Below are positions 36,098 through 46,985 of a stretch of DNA of 64,000 bases, piece by piece. The notes beneath the pieces were generated by a model that worked only from the letters and a program-made list of their open reading frames with translations, had not been told where the DNA came from and ran no database searches. Each line of letters opens with the position of its first letter. Positions within the stretch are counted from its first letter, which is position 1. The DNA lies in the sequence record OQ363659.1; one strand, 5' to 3'. Both the position numbers and the translations under genes were made by a program.

Positions 36098-37192
36098 TTA
36101 AGCTCTCTGAGAATTGGTTGCGGTTTTAACTTCGTGCTCGATGATCTTGAGGTGCGCTTCCAGCACACGACCCAGATAACGAATAATGCTAGAGTTGTTG
36201 TTATCAACTTTCGAAGTGTTTTGCAATACGGTGGAAATCATCGTGTTGGCATTCTTTTGCTTTTCTTCATCGCCGTCTTTCGCTTTGGCTTCGAGTTCAT
36301 CAGTAGCTTCTACTACTTTGTTGATCGAAGTTTCAATGCGGGCGGATACTTCCTCCAGCTTCTCTGCAACACCGATAACGGTGGAGATCTGGTTCAGTAC
36401 AGCGGCAAGTTCTGCGGAACTACGAACCTTACGGACAACTTCCTGATCAACTACACGTGCTTCTACTTCAGCGATCGAATAGTTGTAACCCGATTCATCA
36501 GGTACGATCATTACGTTACCAGGATAGGTCTGGTTGTCAATGTTCGTGAAGTTCAATGGAGCCATCGATTCTTGAACGGCCTTAACCATAGAGGTAGCGT
36601 CATGGCTAGGATCGAACGACTTAACCACGGAAGCCAGTTCCATATAGAAGTCATTGATCGCGTCAGGGTAAGCGACAGCGCCAAAGTTAGCTAGGGCACG
36701 GAGTTGAGTGAAGTTACCGTCACCGAAGTCACCTTGGATGGAAACTTGTTGTGCCAGCTTAGCTGGGATATGAACTTCAGTATTCGTTTCAGGTACGGAC
36801 TTAACCGAACCTTTCAGGACTTCAACTTTCTCACGGAGTTTGGAGAACGAAGTCAGCAGGGCGCCTACTTGGTCACGAACCATCTCGTAGACTTTCTTCA
36901 GCCACTCTTTAAAGCGGGCGATGGCAGCAGAGATACGAGAACCGATCGAACTCGAGTCTTCCATGCTGAGGGCTTGAGACATGGCGTTACGCAGATCCGC
37001 ATGGGATTCCAGCGCCACAGTGTCTTCACCGATGTGACGGGTAATGCGCATGACGTCTTGGGTTACAGCAACAGCTGCTTGCTTAGACAAGCCACCGACT
37101 GCCAGTTGACGGTACTCTTCCAGAGAGACCAACATTTCACCCAGGGTTCTTAATTTGTTTTGCAGACGAATTCTTTCAAGGTCGAGGGACAT
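36098..37192 (-). CDS. inner-head protein, phiKZ gp93-like
   Basis: Start MSLDLE at 37192; SLE, ALE and SME sites. Confidence 0.75.
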   Translation of the reverse strand: MSLDLERIRLQNKLRTLGEMLVSLEEYRQLAVGGLSKQAAVAVTQDVMRITRHIGEDTVALESHADLRNAMSQALSMEDSSSIGSRISAAIARFKEWLKKVYEMVRDQVGALLTSFSKLREKVEVLKGSVKSVPETNTEVHIPAKLAQQVSIQGDFGDGNFTQLRALANFGAVAYPDAINDFYMELASVVKSFDPSHDATSMVKAVQESMAPLNFTNIDNQTYPGNVMIVPDESGYNYSIAEVEARVVDQEVVRKVRSSAELAAVLNQISTVIGVAEKLEEVSARIETSINKVVEATDELEAKAKDGDEEKQKNANTMISTVLQNTSKVDNNNSSIIRYLGRVLEAHLKIIEHEVKTATNSQRA

Positions 37193-38504
37193 TTGTGTTA
37201 CCTGCGATTTCGTTTTTGGTAGGTTTACGGAGAGGCGGTTGATATGCCTGTAACTCCAATTCAGCAACATACGTTAAACCACCCAAAGTCCTTAAGACTC
37301 CAGCCAGTGCGTTGTTGTAGTCAGTGACCATGCGAGCGACATTGTTTATCATCAATGTAACCGATTGGACAATGTCCGAAATAGCAGGACGACCTTTGAC
37401 AGATTTGTTTTCTTCGTCTTGTTTATCGGCATCATCAGGCTCAGCTTTAAACTGACCTGCTTTAGTTCGAACTTTCTCACCAGAGATCTGAATACGGCGT
37501 AGCGATTGCGCTAGCTTAGATTCATAACCCTTACGAGATTGGAAACGTTTAGACAATGCTAACAGTTGACTGAGGCGTTGTTGGATCGCACTCATCTTAT
37601 CAACTTCAACCACTAACCCGTCTTGACCTGGACCTTGCAGTTCACGAACGGTGTAATAACGGAACGAGAAATCTCGAACAGTGTTAACCATCGTTGCCCA
37701 GTTCATTGTTGGTTCTTCGCCTTCCTGTTCAATAGGACCCGAAGCATACAAAGCTTTGTTGCCTTGTACGGGGGGTGTACGGAACAAGGGTGCCGCTACA
37801 CGGATACGATCGTCGTGTTCTACTTGTTCAGGTTTAAGCATCCACAACTGAGGTGTAAGCTTAGAGAAGTCAATCCCAGTTTCTTCCGTGAAGTCATTGT
37901 TGAACGTGAGCTTGTCAAAGACCTTAGCTACTTCATCAATATACTTCAGAAACGCTTTATCGTAGAAAGCAAACGCAGAGTTCGCTAGCGTGATAATGCG
38001 TGTAATATCTTTCGGTTCGTATTGACCGTCGATGTTGAATTTCTTAGGGGACTTCAAAGTGAACTCACTCTTGTAGGGTGGGTTCTTTATGGCCTGAGTT
38101 TGTTCATACAACATGTTTACCTTGGCGGCTAGTTTATCAGCTCCCAGGTTAATCACACGTGCATACTCGATCGTTTCAGTTTGGAGTTGCTTGAGCGATT
38201 CAACTGACTTGTCCCAGATCTTCTTAGATGAGTTGGAGATGTCCTCTAAGGAGAGATACTCCTTAGGAGCTACATCGGAAAACTTCTCCAAGGCATATTG
38301 AAACATGACAGCATCGGGATCAAGCCGTTGAGCTTCCAACGCAACACCGAAGGACAAGCTTTGTGCTAACTTTCGTAGCGTTGCCTCTGTGCGTTCTTCC
38401 AGAGATACGAATTGAGATTCGAGCGAGGCGATCATATCGACGGGTTCTACCCCGTCGACTGATTTAGGGGTCTCTGGAGCAATCGCATTGGTTGCACCAA
38501 CCAT
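37176..38504 (-). CDS. head protein, phiKZ gp92-like
   Basis: Multiple SLE/ALE sites; synteny. Confidence 0.7.
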   Translation of the reverse strand: MVGATNAIAPETPKSVDGVEPVDMIASLESQFVSLEERTEATLRKLAQSLSFGVALEAQRLDPDAVMFQYALEKFSDVAPKEYLSLEDISNSSKKIWDKSVESLKQLQTETIEYARVINLGADKLAAKVNMLYEQTQAIKNPPYKSEFTLKSPKKFNIDGQYEPKDITRIITLANSAFAFYDKAFLKYIDEVAKVFDKLTFNNDFTEETGIDFSKLTPQLWMLKPEQVEHDDRIRVAAPLFRTPPVQGNKALYASGPIEQEGEEPTMNWATMVNTVRDFSFRYYTVRELQGPGQDGLVVEVDKMSAIQQRLSQLLALSKRFQSRKGYESKLAQSLRRIQISGEKVRTKAGQFKAEPDDADKQDEENKSVKGRPAISDIVQSVTLMINNVARMVTDYNNALAGVLRTLGGLTYVAELELQAYQPPLRKPTKNEIAGNTNVPRP

Positions 38505-38512
38505 GTTGACTC

Positions 38513-39034
38513 CTATTTGATTTTGACGGTAGCTTTACCGAACAGCATGTGCATTGTAAACATCAGGTCATCGAAACCTTTTGGTTGCATGCACCAGCGT
38601 TGAATCATGGCTTCCGGGGAAGTACTGAGTGCCAACGTACGGAACAGGTCTTGTACGTCACTGCGGCTACCGATCAATTGCAAACCAATAGGCGGTTCAT
38701 CCGACAGCATCATTGGCCACGAGTGAATACTTAGCTCACGACGACCAGTAGCGATAAAGCGAATGGTATCGAGCAGGAACTTGTAGTTCCAATCCACACG
38801 TTGGGCATTGGTATCCTGGAGAATAAACCAGTTGTAGTTCCCACCGAACAATCGCATAGCTTCAGCAATCACACGTTTACGGAAGTCCCAGTGCACTGCC
38901 CGAGTAGGGAAAGTGGTATACTCTTGGAACAGATCCAATACACGTTCGTCGCGTACACTTGTAATGTAGCGACGTTGTGCTTGGGCCTGACCACCAGAGT
39001 ATTCGTTATTCATTTTTACTGAATTCGTACCCAT
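38513..39034 (-). CDS. conserved protein, phiKZ gp91-like
   Basis: Synteny; AAGGA RBS. Confidence 0.6.
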   Translation of the reverse strand: MGTNSVKMNNEYSGGQAQAQRRYITSVRDERVLDLFQEYTTFPTRAVHWDFRKRVIAEAMRLFGGNYNWFILQDTNAQRVDWNYKFLLDTIRFIATGRRELSIHSWPMMLSDEPPIGLQLIGSRSDVQDLFRTLALSTSPEAMIQRWCMQPKGFDDLMFTMHMLFGKATVKIK

Positions 39035-39045
39035 GGTGGTTTCCT

Positions 39046-39936
39046 TTATTGACGTGCTTTCGCTTCAGCAGCGTTGATCTCGAACTCGTACTCAGACAGA
39101 CGCTCTTCGTACATCTTGATCTGACGTTGCAGTACTGGCGAAGCAGGGTTGCCTTGCAGCTGTTCTTTCAGTTCCAGCAGACGGTGTTGCAGAGCGTTGA
39201 ACTCTTCTTGGGCCGCTTTGTAACGAGCGACTTTCCACTCGGCAATGTATTTGCCCAGAGTCAAGAACGGGTTCTGTTGTGGAGAGAAGCCAGACATCCG
39301 CAGTGGGTCGATCTTAGCATCACCCAACGAACGGGTAGCCAGGTCGTAAGTCTCGGCATTGATCTCCGCATCCGAAGCTTGGTTGAACTTTTGCTTCAGT
39401 TCAGTAGGCGACAGGATCATCGAAGGATACAGACCGATGAATTGGTCCATGTTCGATTGTACCCAATCCACTTCAGCTGGAGCCCAGTGCGACGAGGCAG
39501 CTTTACCACGAGCTTGCGATTCTTGGGTAACCAGGAACAGCATGAACTTACGGCCCCAACGGATGTAGAAGCTCAGAGCATCGACATACTTCAGGATGTT
39601 AGCACGGTTGATAGTCAGGTTGGTATTGGTGAACTGGAAAGCGAACAGACGACGGATTTCCTGTACAACCATACCCAGGTTACCACGCACGGTTTCCATG
39701 GACTTGAAGAACAGCTCCAGGAAATTACCGCGGTAGTTCACAGAACGTTGCATGGCACCAATATACTTAGTACCAATCTGGGACTGAACTTCAATCGAAA
39801 GGATCAGGTCACGGACGTCCGGCAACAGGGGTGCGACCGTGGTGTCATATTCTTCTTCCAGGTCGGCGATTTGGTTAAGCAGTTCTTTACGCTCCTTGAA
39901 TGGAGCCAAAGAACCCACGTATTCGAGCAGTCTCAT
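39046..39936 (-). CDS. inner-body protein, phiKZ gp90-like
   Basis: Synteny; C-terminal coiled coil. Confidence 0.7.
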   Translation of the reverse strand: MRLLEYVGSLAPFKERKELLNQIADLEEEYDTTVAPLLPDVRDLILSIEVQSQIGTKYIGAMQRSVNYRGNFLELFFKSMETVRGNLGMVVQEIRRLFAFQFTNTNLTINRANILKYVDALSFYIRWGRKFMLFLVTQESQARGKAASSHWAPAEVDWVQSNMDQFIGLYPSMILSPTELKQKFNQASDAEINAETYDLATRSLGDAKIDPLRMSGFSPQQNPFLTLGKYIAEWKVARYKAAQEEFNALQHRLLELKEQLQGNPASPVLQRQIKMYEERLSEYEFEINAAEAKARQ

Positions 39937-39951
39937 TGTGGCTGTCCTTTA

Positions 39952-41178
39952 TTACAGATTGGTTTGCATGGTGCGGCTGAACATCTTGAACAGGTCAGTA
40001 ATGTCAGGGCCTTTCGATTTCTCACTACGCTCGATCTCGTCGAACTTGTGTGTGGTAGCCAGATCAACACCACGGTGCCAGATCTGTACACGCTGCCAGC
40101 GCTCGTCAACAACGATCAGCATCAGCAGGTAGCTGTTGTCGAAGATAGCTTTACGAACAGATTCTTGTTCGATCTTGCCGTACAGTTTACCAGTAGCGGC
40201 TTTCAGGGTTTCCGAAGAAACGATGGCGATGTTCGAAGCGTCAGCTACGGAGACACGACCAGTTTGCAGAGCTTTCTGCGAGTTGTTACGACGGCGGTCA
40301 GTGACCATCTTGAACACACCGGATTTGTCGTTCATCAGGGCACGGAAGTGTTCGTCGATCATGTCTTGGCCGAGAACGAAGTCACGCCAGAATTTGATCT
40401 GACCAGTTTGTACCATGAACAGACGCTGAGCCCAGCTGTCGCGGCCACCAGCACTAAACATATGAACCAACGACTGAGGTGGAACACCTGCCGGGATCAG
40501 ACGGATGAGTACAGGGAGTTTAGCTTTCTTGTCGCCATCGGAGATTTCGACGTTCAGTAACTTACCAACGACCAGGGATTCTACTTCCATGATCTTGTTG
40601 TCACCCGACGACATATCACGTGGGCCATCGTTCTGAGTACCCCAGTCGGCGTCTTTGGCGTCTTTCTCAAGCTCTCCGATTTTGTTATTTACGTCATCCC
40701 CGAATGCTTCGTTCGAGAACAGCAGGTTTGGACGGATACGACGAGAGAACGATTCCAGCGATGGCAGTCCGTTGGCATAGACACGTGGGTCATAAGCAGC
40801 GGCAGCGTAGCATTCATTCGACGACTTGATCTTGTTGTAGTCAAAGCCGAGTGAGCGGTCAGGGTTCAGGGAATCCAGTACCTTCAGGGTATCGATTCGA
40901 CCTACACCCAAAATCATGTTTACAGCTTGCAGGTAGTAACCTGCGAAGTTAGAGGTTGCCAGCTTCAGCAGCGGAACCATGTACGGCTGGTCGACAAGCG
41001 ATTGGTCAATAATCGCCAGTGGTTCAACACGAGCCGGTTTTGTCAAGTCAGCAAGCGAAGAAACTTGCATGCCGTTCTTAGCCAGGTTGAATACAGTCTG
41101 CATCAGCGCCTGACCAGCGACTTGAGCAGCGGTTGACGCAGCGGCTGTACCTACAGCAGCGATAACTGGAGCTACCAT
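39952..41178 (-). CDS. inner-body protein, phiKZ gp89-like
   Basis: Ala-rich N-terminus; SLE and SNE sites; synteny. Confidence 0.7.
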   Translation of the reverse strand: MVAPVIAAVGTAAASTAAQVAGQALMQTVFNLAKNGMQVSSLADLTKPARVEPLAIIDQSLVDQPYMVPLLKLATSNFAGYYLQAVNMILGVGRIDTLKVLDSLNPDRSLGFDYNKIKSSNECYAAAAYDPRVYANGLPSLESFSRRIRPNLLFSNEAFGDDVNNKIGELEKDAKDADWGTQNDGPRDMSSGDNKIMEVESLVVGKLLNVEISDGDKKAKLPVLIRLIPAGVPPQSLVHMFSAGGRDSWAQRLFMVQTGQIKFWRDFVLGQDMIDEHFRALMNDKSGVFKMVTDRRRNNSQKALQTGRVSVADASNIAIVSSETLKAATGKLYGKIEQESVRKAIFDNSYLLMLIVVDERWQRVQIWHRGVDLATTHKFDEIERSEKSKGPDITDLFKMFSRTMQTNL

Positions 41179-41214
41179 GTGTCTCTTCCTTTTTGAAAAT
41201 AGAGAGTGTTAAAA

Positions 41215-42300
41215 ATGTCAGCAAATAGTTACATCGAGAAAATTGCACAAAACATTGGGCAAGTCCCGCGGAACCAGGCGCTGAGCAACGCGGCGTTCGG
41301 TATCAACATCTTAGGTCGGAATGCCCCGATCCCTCAGAACACTGAGAACCATGGTTATACGTTCTTTACGAAACCGCTGTTCAATTTATCATACGATAAC
41401 TGCATGGTGGACCGAAGGTTGTCTATGCTGTTGCGTGAAGACAAAGATTGCCTTGAAAGATGGGCACGAGCAACACTAGATCCATGGGCTGCAAAACAAA
41501 AAGATGCCCCTATCATCAGTACGTTGAATGATCCATTGTCTCCATTCATTCCGATGTTGTCAAACAACTTGATCTCGTTGAACGGATGGCCAGACTTTAC
41601 ATTGAACATGTCTACAACTACCGCAGGTATCTATCGTGACTCGATGGCCTATGTAGATGACGTACCATACCAGTACGAGACTTACACGCTCCAAGCCACT
41701 TACCGGAACGTTGAAGGTGACCCGGTTACCTTGTTGCATTTCATGTGGTTGTTGGCAGCTGGTCTAGGTAAGGAAGGTCGTACAATGCCTTACCCTGAAC
41801 TTGTAATGATGAACGAACGTGATTACGACACCCGTGTGTATCGACTGATTATGGATCAGACACGTACTTACGTTACTCGGATCTTTGCATGTGGTGCAGG
41901 TACTCCTGAGAATGCTCCGACTGGTGAGATCGCTAACTTCACTGGTGATGGTAGCGAGACAGGTTCGCAAGTAATTGCTAGCCAGTTGAACTTCTCATAT
42001 CGGTGTAATGGCGTAACAACTTACGACCACATCCTCATCTATGAATTCAACGACCTACAACAAGACTTCCATCCACTGATGAAAGACGATGTTCGTGAAA
42101 CGTCGATGCATTTGTTATTCCCGTGGGAGAAAGCATATTTCAACTACCGCGCTTATCCACGAATCAATCCTACCAACATGGAATTGGAATGGTGGGTACC
42201 GAAGGATCAATACGAGCTGTTGAAGTCTGGTAACCTTCACACAGCTCCGTCTCCGACAACTACCCAGAATCCAAATCAAGCTACTGAGGCAACCCAATGA
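41215..42300 (+). CDS. virion tail/baseplate protein, phiKZ gp88-like
   Basis: Divergent from gp89-like; ATG 41215; synteny. Confidence 0.65.
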   Translation: MSANSYIEKIAQNIGQVPRNQALSNAAFGINILGRNAPIPQNTENHGYTFFTKPLFNLSYDNCMVDRRLSMLLREDKDCLERWARATLDPWAAKQKDAPIISTLNDPLSPFIPMLSNNLISLNGWPDFTLNMSTTTAGIYRDSMAYVDDVPYQYETYTLQATYRNVEGDPVTLLHFMWLLAAGLGKEGRTMPYPELVMMNERDYDTRVYRLIMDQTRTYVTRIFACGAGTPENAPTGEIANFTGDGSETGSQVIASQLNFSYRCNGVTTYDHILIYEFNDLQQDFHPLMKDDVRETSMHLLFPWEKAYFNYRAYPRINPTNMELEWWVPKDQYELLKSGNLHTAPSPTTTQNPNQATEATQ

Positions 42301-45197
42301 GTCAATATAAAGAACGCATTTATAATGCTCGTCGTAACCCTAGCCAGATGCAACAGATCGCATTAGAAGAACTCGATCAACAGCTCCAAGGCAAAGGAAC
42401 TTACGATGTGCCTGATGCTACTATTCCATTCGTAGCATCGATGGAATGTGGTACACTCGGTACGGCTATGGCCATTACTGAGATGGAAGCACAGATGCGT
42501 AAGCTTAACGCCCGCATGGCTTTAACGCAAGACGAAGTGTATTACCACATGTCGACTGATGATTACCTCGGTCGATTCTCTACCCCGGCTACTACAGAGT
42601 TTCATCTATATCTGGGTTATGAAGAGATCATTCAGAAAGCTGTGGCTTATGGCGATCAAGGTGCACGTAAACTCGTGATCCCTCGACTGACTCAGTTCCT
42701 GGGTGGTACTACTCCGTTCACTATGCAATACCCGATTGAATTGCGTGTGTTGCGACATGGTGGTTTGCAGATCGTCTATGATGGTACTGACGTATCGCCA
42801 GTAGAAACCCTGAAGACTAACCAAGTCAATTGGGACATGCTGAAAATGGCACGTAACCGAGTAGTTCGTTTGAAGATCCCGGTTCGTCAATTCCGTATCG
42901 AAACGAACACTGATGCTCTCAGTCCATCGACTCTTTTCGAACATGCCTATGCATTCACTGACAAGTTCTACTTCGCTCGGGTATATTTGAATGATGGCGG
43001 TGTTGATTCTCCTTGGCGGGAAGTCCGTACAACGCATACAGACCAGGTCTACGATCCACTGAACGTAACAGCTGTGCTGCGGGTAGTAGGTCAATCGCTG
43101 CAAGTAGCTATCCCGACTATCTATACCAACACTGGCCAAGCCAGCGGTAAGATCCGTGTAGATATCTACACTACGTTGGGTGAGCTCGATGTATCGATGG
43201 CAGATTATCGTCCCGATCAATTCCAAGCCAAGTTCAACGCAATCGATGATGACACTACTTACGTGTCGCCTCTTAACACGTTCAGTATCAAACAGGCCCT
43301 GAACGTATCCCGTGTAACAGGTGGAGCAAACGCCCTTGATCTCGTCACTCTTCGAAACCGCGCCATTGACAACACGATGGGTGATCCTGACCTTCCAATC
43401 ACTGATGTCCAACTGGAAGCAAAGCTTGACCAACGTGGCTACACACTGGTATCCAACATCGACAACATTACTGACCGACAGTTCCTCGCCTCTCGCCGCT
43501 TGGGTACTCCGCAGTCTCTTGATGTAGTCAGTGGTGCTGGTTGTGTAATGTCGCAATTACGGATTAACATGGAATCGATCGCAGCTTCTGCACACGTTGC
43601 AGATAATGGTCAACGCCTAACGATCCTACCTTCCATGCTGTATCGTTTCTCTAACGGTAAAGTAACAATGGTCTCAGATGGTGAACTCGCTAATATCCTA
43701 GCGGGTGACCCTGAAGATATCTCTCGGTTGGTTAACGAATCTCGATTTGTCTATTCACCATTCCATTACGTGATGGATGCTACGGATGACAACTTCGACT
43801 TCCGTCCTTATTACCTGGATAATCCAGTGATTACCGAGAAGACATTTGTTGGCGAGAACGATCGGTCCAACCTGCAAGCGACTGTAGATGCCTACGAGAT
43901 CGAGCGTACTACCGATGGTTATTTGATTCGGATTCGTCTAAGCTCTGGTCAAACTTTCAAGTCTTTGGATGATTCACAAGTTGCTGTGCAGATCGGGTAC
44001 CGCCCTACTGGTGAGGAAGTATTCGCTTCGGCTATGGGTCGTCAAGTAGGTCTCGATAACCAAGAACGTGTGTTCGAGTTTGATATCAAAACAAACTACG
44101 ACTTCGATTCTTCGGGCGAGATGTACACCACTAACATGTCGATCTTCTCTTCGGCTCAGACTAACTTCAAAACGAAACTGGCTAACGAGTTTGACATTTC
44201 TATTCTGGTTGTGAACGCTATCACTCCGGGTTACCAACCTAACGCTATCGATGCGATGGTTGAATCTCATCTGTTGCCTAACCAGTGGATGCTCGTAGCA
44301 CGTGAGCGGTTGGAAGTTACCCTGGGCTACGACATGACACGTATCTGGCGTCGTAACCGTTCGGTACTCGGTGAAGAAGACTATCAGAAGTGGACCACTA
44401 ACGTTCCTAAGGTCTGGGCTGAGAACGTATACGCCACGGACGAGAACGGTAACCTGATTATCGAGATCGGTCCTAATGGTGAAGTTCAGATGGAACTGCT
44501 GCATGCTAAAGGTTCACCAGTGTTGGATTCCAATGGCGAACAAGTATGGCTGCACCTCAAGAATGATCCGGTGATTGTCAACGGTAAACCTGTATTGGTT
44601 GCTCCACGTAAACTACTGCGTGAAGTTACCATGCTGATGATCGATGGTCTGTTCTACTTTGCTACTGAAGCTACCGCTGTGGCTTATCAGAAAGAGATCC
44701 CAATGGAGTTCGTAAGCTGGCTGAAGTCGGACATTGATGACATTGGTAAACGTCTCCTAGAGAAAGCTGAGCTGTACGTGTATCCAACGCAAACCTTCGG
44801 TGATACCGTGGTTAGTGTTCGTGATGGTCAACGTGCAACGATTCAGATCGATCAAGCATTCGCTATTACACATTGGCTCAAACCTGCGGCATATACGAAC
44901 GCCACCATTCGTCCTTCGCTGGTTGCTAACGACAAGCAAGTACTGGATGATAAGATCTCGCTTAAGACGGTATCTCGTTCGGATATCATTTCGCAGATTG
45001 GTGCTACTTCGGGTGATGATGTATTGTCCAACGAAGTGTCAGGTCTGGGTGGTGATGAGAACTATCCGATCCTAACAGTAGAAGACGATGCTGTACGCCT
45101 GTCCATCCGTAAGAAGATGGTGGTGTTGGCTAACCAACTGCTGACCGTGGAAGACGACGTAACGGTTAACTTCCTCCCACACGAAGTTGCTGAGTAA
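42297..45197 (+). CDS. baseplate wedge-like protein, phiKZ gp87-like
   Basis: 966 aa; VTGGANA motif typical of baseplate J/T4 gp6-like proteins; synteny. Confidence 0.65.
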   Translation: MSQYKERIYNARRNPSQMQQIALEELDQQLQGKGTYDVPDATIPFVASMECGTLGTAMAITEMEAQMRKLNARMALTQDEVYYHMSTDDYLGRFSTPATTEFHLYLGYEEIIQKAVAYGDQGARKLVIPRLTQFLGGTTPFTMQYPIELRVLRHGGLQIVYDGTDVSPVETLKTNQVNWDMLKMARNRVVRLKIPVRQFRIETNTDALSPSTLFEHAYAFTDKFYFARVYLNDGGVDSPWREVRTTHTDQVYDPLNVTAVLRVVGQSLQVAIPTIYTNTGQASGKIRVDIYTTLGELDVSMADYRPDQFQAKFNAIDDDTTYVSPLNTFSIKQALNVSRVTGGANALDLVTLRNRAIDNTMGDPDLPITDVQLEAKLDQRGYTLVSNIDNITDRQFLASRRLGTPQSLDVVSGAGCVMSQLRINMESIAASAHVADNGQRLTILPSMLYRFSNGKVTMVSDGELANILAGDPEDISRLVNESRFVYSPFHYVMDATDDNFDFRPYYLDNPVITEKTFVGENDRSNLQATVDAYEIERTTDGYLIRIRLSSGQTFKSLDDSQVAVQIGYRPTGEEVFASAMGRQVGLDNQERVFEFDIKTNYDFDSSGEMYTTNMSIFSSAQTNFKTKLANEFDISILVVNAITPGYQPNAIDAMVESHLLPNQWMLVARERLEVTLGYDMTRIWRRNRSVLGEEDYQKWTTNVPKVWAENVYATDENGNLIIEIGPNGEVQMELLHAKGSPVLDSNGEQVWLHLKNDPVIVNGKPVLVAPRKLLREVTMLMIDGLFYFATEATAVAYQKEIPMEFVSWLKSDIDDIGKRLLEKAELYVYPTQTFGDTVVSVRDGQRATIQIDQAFAITHWLKPAAYTNATIRPSLVANDKQVLDDKISLKTVSRSDIISQIGATSGDDVLSNEVSGLGGDENYPILTVEDDAVRLSIRKKMVVLANQLLTVEDDVTVNFLPHEVAE

Positions 45198-45200
45198 CGG

Positions 45201-45233
45201 CATAGAGCCTTCCCCTAGGGGAAGGCGTTTATG
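45201..45233. terminator. bidirectional CATA/TATG-flanked hairpin
   Basis: GCCTTCCCC-TA-GGGGAAGGC between convergent stops. Confidence 0.75.
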
Positions 45234-46523
45234 TCATTTCAGCTTTTGCAGTTCTGCAATGAGATTCTTCATCTCTTTCACAGTCTGTGGCGATGGGTTC
45301 TTCGACTTAAAGTCCAGCATCAGAATTTCGATAGCACTGGCGTAGTACTCGCGATAAGTCTTAGCAGCTGTGACTTGTGCCTGAGCACACTTGTTGAAGA
45401 AGCCTACGATCTTGTTCAGATGATCCACCGCTTTAGTAATCGAATCGATCACGGTCTGTGCACGTTCTGCTTGCGCGGTGTCTTCGATCTTGATAGAACG
45501 AATACGAGCCAGAGCATCGGCAGTAGAGCCGTAGTGCTTAACCAGTTCATCGAAGTCGATGACGGAAACCTTACGGAACTTCTCAACGTGTTCCCAGAAG
45601 TCTGCACCCAGTTTCTCAACCAAGTAATCAGGTTCCGAAGACAGCATCAGCATTTCATCTACTGACTGTACAACCGAAGCCAGATCCTGCAAACCACAGA
45701 TACCATCATCAGAAGGGATCTCTTGGTTGTTCATCAGTTCATTCAGGTTCTGCACGCGTGTAGCGATAGACTCTGAAGTAGCCCGAGCGGAATCGAACAG
45801 TTGCTTAACCGCCTTAACTGCGCCGTCATCCGAGAAACCGTACAGGGTTACACGGTTACGATCCAGCGTAGAACTGGTCAACATTGTCTCGGTGAGTTCA
45901 CTGGTGGTCTTGGTTGCTTCTGCACCCATAACACCGTTCAGCGTTTTCATCTTGACGTAGATATTGCGAACTTCGATCAACACATCACGTGCTTTAACGA
46001 GTTGTGCATCGAGTACCGCGTGCTTCTGCTTCAGACCTTTAACCCAGCGATAACCTTGCATCACCAGATCGATCAGTTTGCGAATCCACGCCTTGATGGT
46101 ATCGATCACAACCTTACCGATGTTTTCCATCGATGGTTTCAGGTTCAACAAAGAACGTTCTGGTGTATAGAAGTCAAACGATTCTAGGCTAGGTGTAGGC
46201 AGAGCGATGTTGTTGTCGATCAGACGTTTCTGAATTGCTTTCAATCCAGCCATGTCATGTGAACTAACACCTTTAGCTTTCACTGTAGCGTGCAGGTCCA
46301 ACAGATCGTTGATTGCTTCTACAGCAATCTCGAGTTCGGGTTGTAGAGAACCTTGGATAACGTCGATGGTTTGTGGCGCTGGCTCTTCAATCAGCGTAAC
46401 CATCTCTTGTTGGTTCTCGATTGGGTAATCAACCACAGGGTCTTCCAATAGATCAGAAGAGACCTCCACTTCGGGGAGTGTTTGTGGTTCGGTCAGTGGT
46501 TGGTTCTCAAGTTCTTGATCCAT
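45234..46523 (-). CDS. processed head protein, phiKZ gp86-like
   Basis: Acidic propeptide; AVE, SLE and SME sites; NIGKVVIDTIKAWIRK helix. Confidence 0.7.
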   Translation of the reverse strand: MDQELENQPLTEPQTLPEVEVSSDLLEDPVVDYPIENQQEMVTLIEEPAPQTIDVIQGSLQPELEIAVEAINDLLDLHATVKAKGVSSHDMAGLKAIQKRLIDNNIALPTPSLESFDFYTPERSLLNLKPSMENIGKVVIDTIKAWIRKLIDLVMQGYRWVKGLKQKHAVLDAQLVKARDVLIEVRNIYVKMKTLNGVMGAEATKTTSELTETMLTSSTLDRNRVTLYGFSDDGAVKAVKQLFDSARATSESIATRVQNLNELMNNQEIPSDDGICGLQDLASVVQSVDEMLMLSSEPDYLVEKLGADFWEHVEKFRKVSVIDFDELVKHYGSTADALARIRSIKIEDTAQAERAQTVIDSITKAVDHLNKIVGFFNKCAQAQVTAAKTYREYYASAIEILMLDFKSKNPSPQTVKEMKNLIAELQKLK

Positions 46524-46533
46524 TTCTTACCCC

Positions 46534-46974
46534 TTACTCTTCAGCAGCAGATTGACGCAGCACGTCAGCGATCTCGAGCTGGCAACGGATGAAGTCAGGA
46601 CGCGAGCTAAGCCATTCAGACATGGCGAACTCTTCACGAGTCAAACCGTCTTGCATGGTACTGGAGCACAGAGCAGCTTGGACGATCGATGGATCGATAA
46701 CACCGGCAACCAGTTCGTAACGAATACGAATGATCTCACGGAAGATGTCTTGTGCGCGTTTGGTATCGAGAGCTAGGTTCTCGTTTACCTGACCACAGAT
46801 ATCCCGGAAGGTTTTGTTGTGTGCTTCTGCACATTCAGCTGCGGTCTTGTCCAGCATGAGCGGAACATGGAAACCAACAGCGTTAGCAACGAACATGGCA
46901 CGGGCCATACGGTCGTTATTCTTGGGTGCGCTCAGTTCTTTAAGAATGCGCGCGATCATGAAACCAGTTCTCAT
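46534..46974 (-). CDS. conserved protein, phiKZ gp85-like
   Basis: Synteny. Confidence 0.6.
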   Translation of the reverse strand: MRTGFMIARILKELSAPKNNDRMARAMFVANAVGFHVPLMLDKTAAECAEAHNKTFRDICGQVNENLALDTKRAQDIFREIIRIRYELVAGVIDPSIVQAALCSSTMQDGLTREEFAMSEWLSSRPDFIRCQLEIADVLRQSAAEE

Positions 46975-46985
46975 TGGCTTGTACC

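Noticed and set aside
29366-40560. Long plus-strand ORFs such as 29366-30229, 32059-33129 and 38977-40560
   Set aside because: They lie opposite well-supported, codon-biased virion genes; typical shadow ORFs
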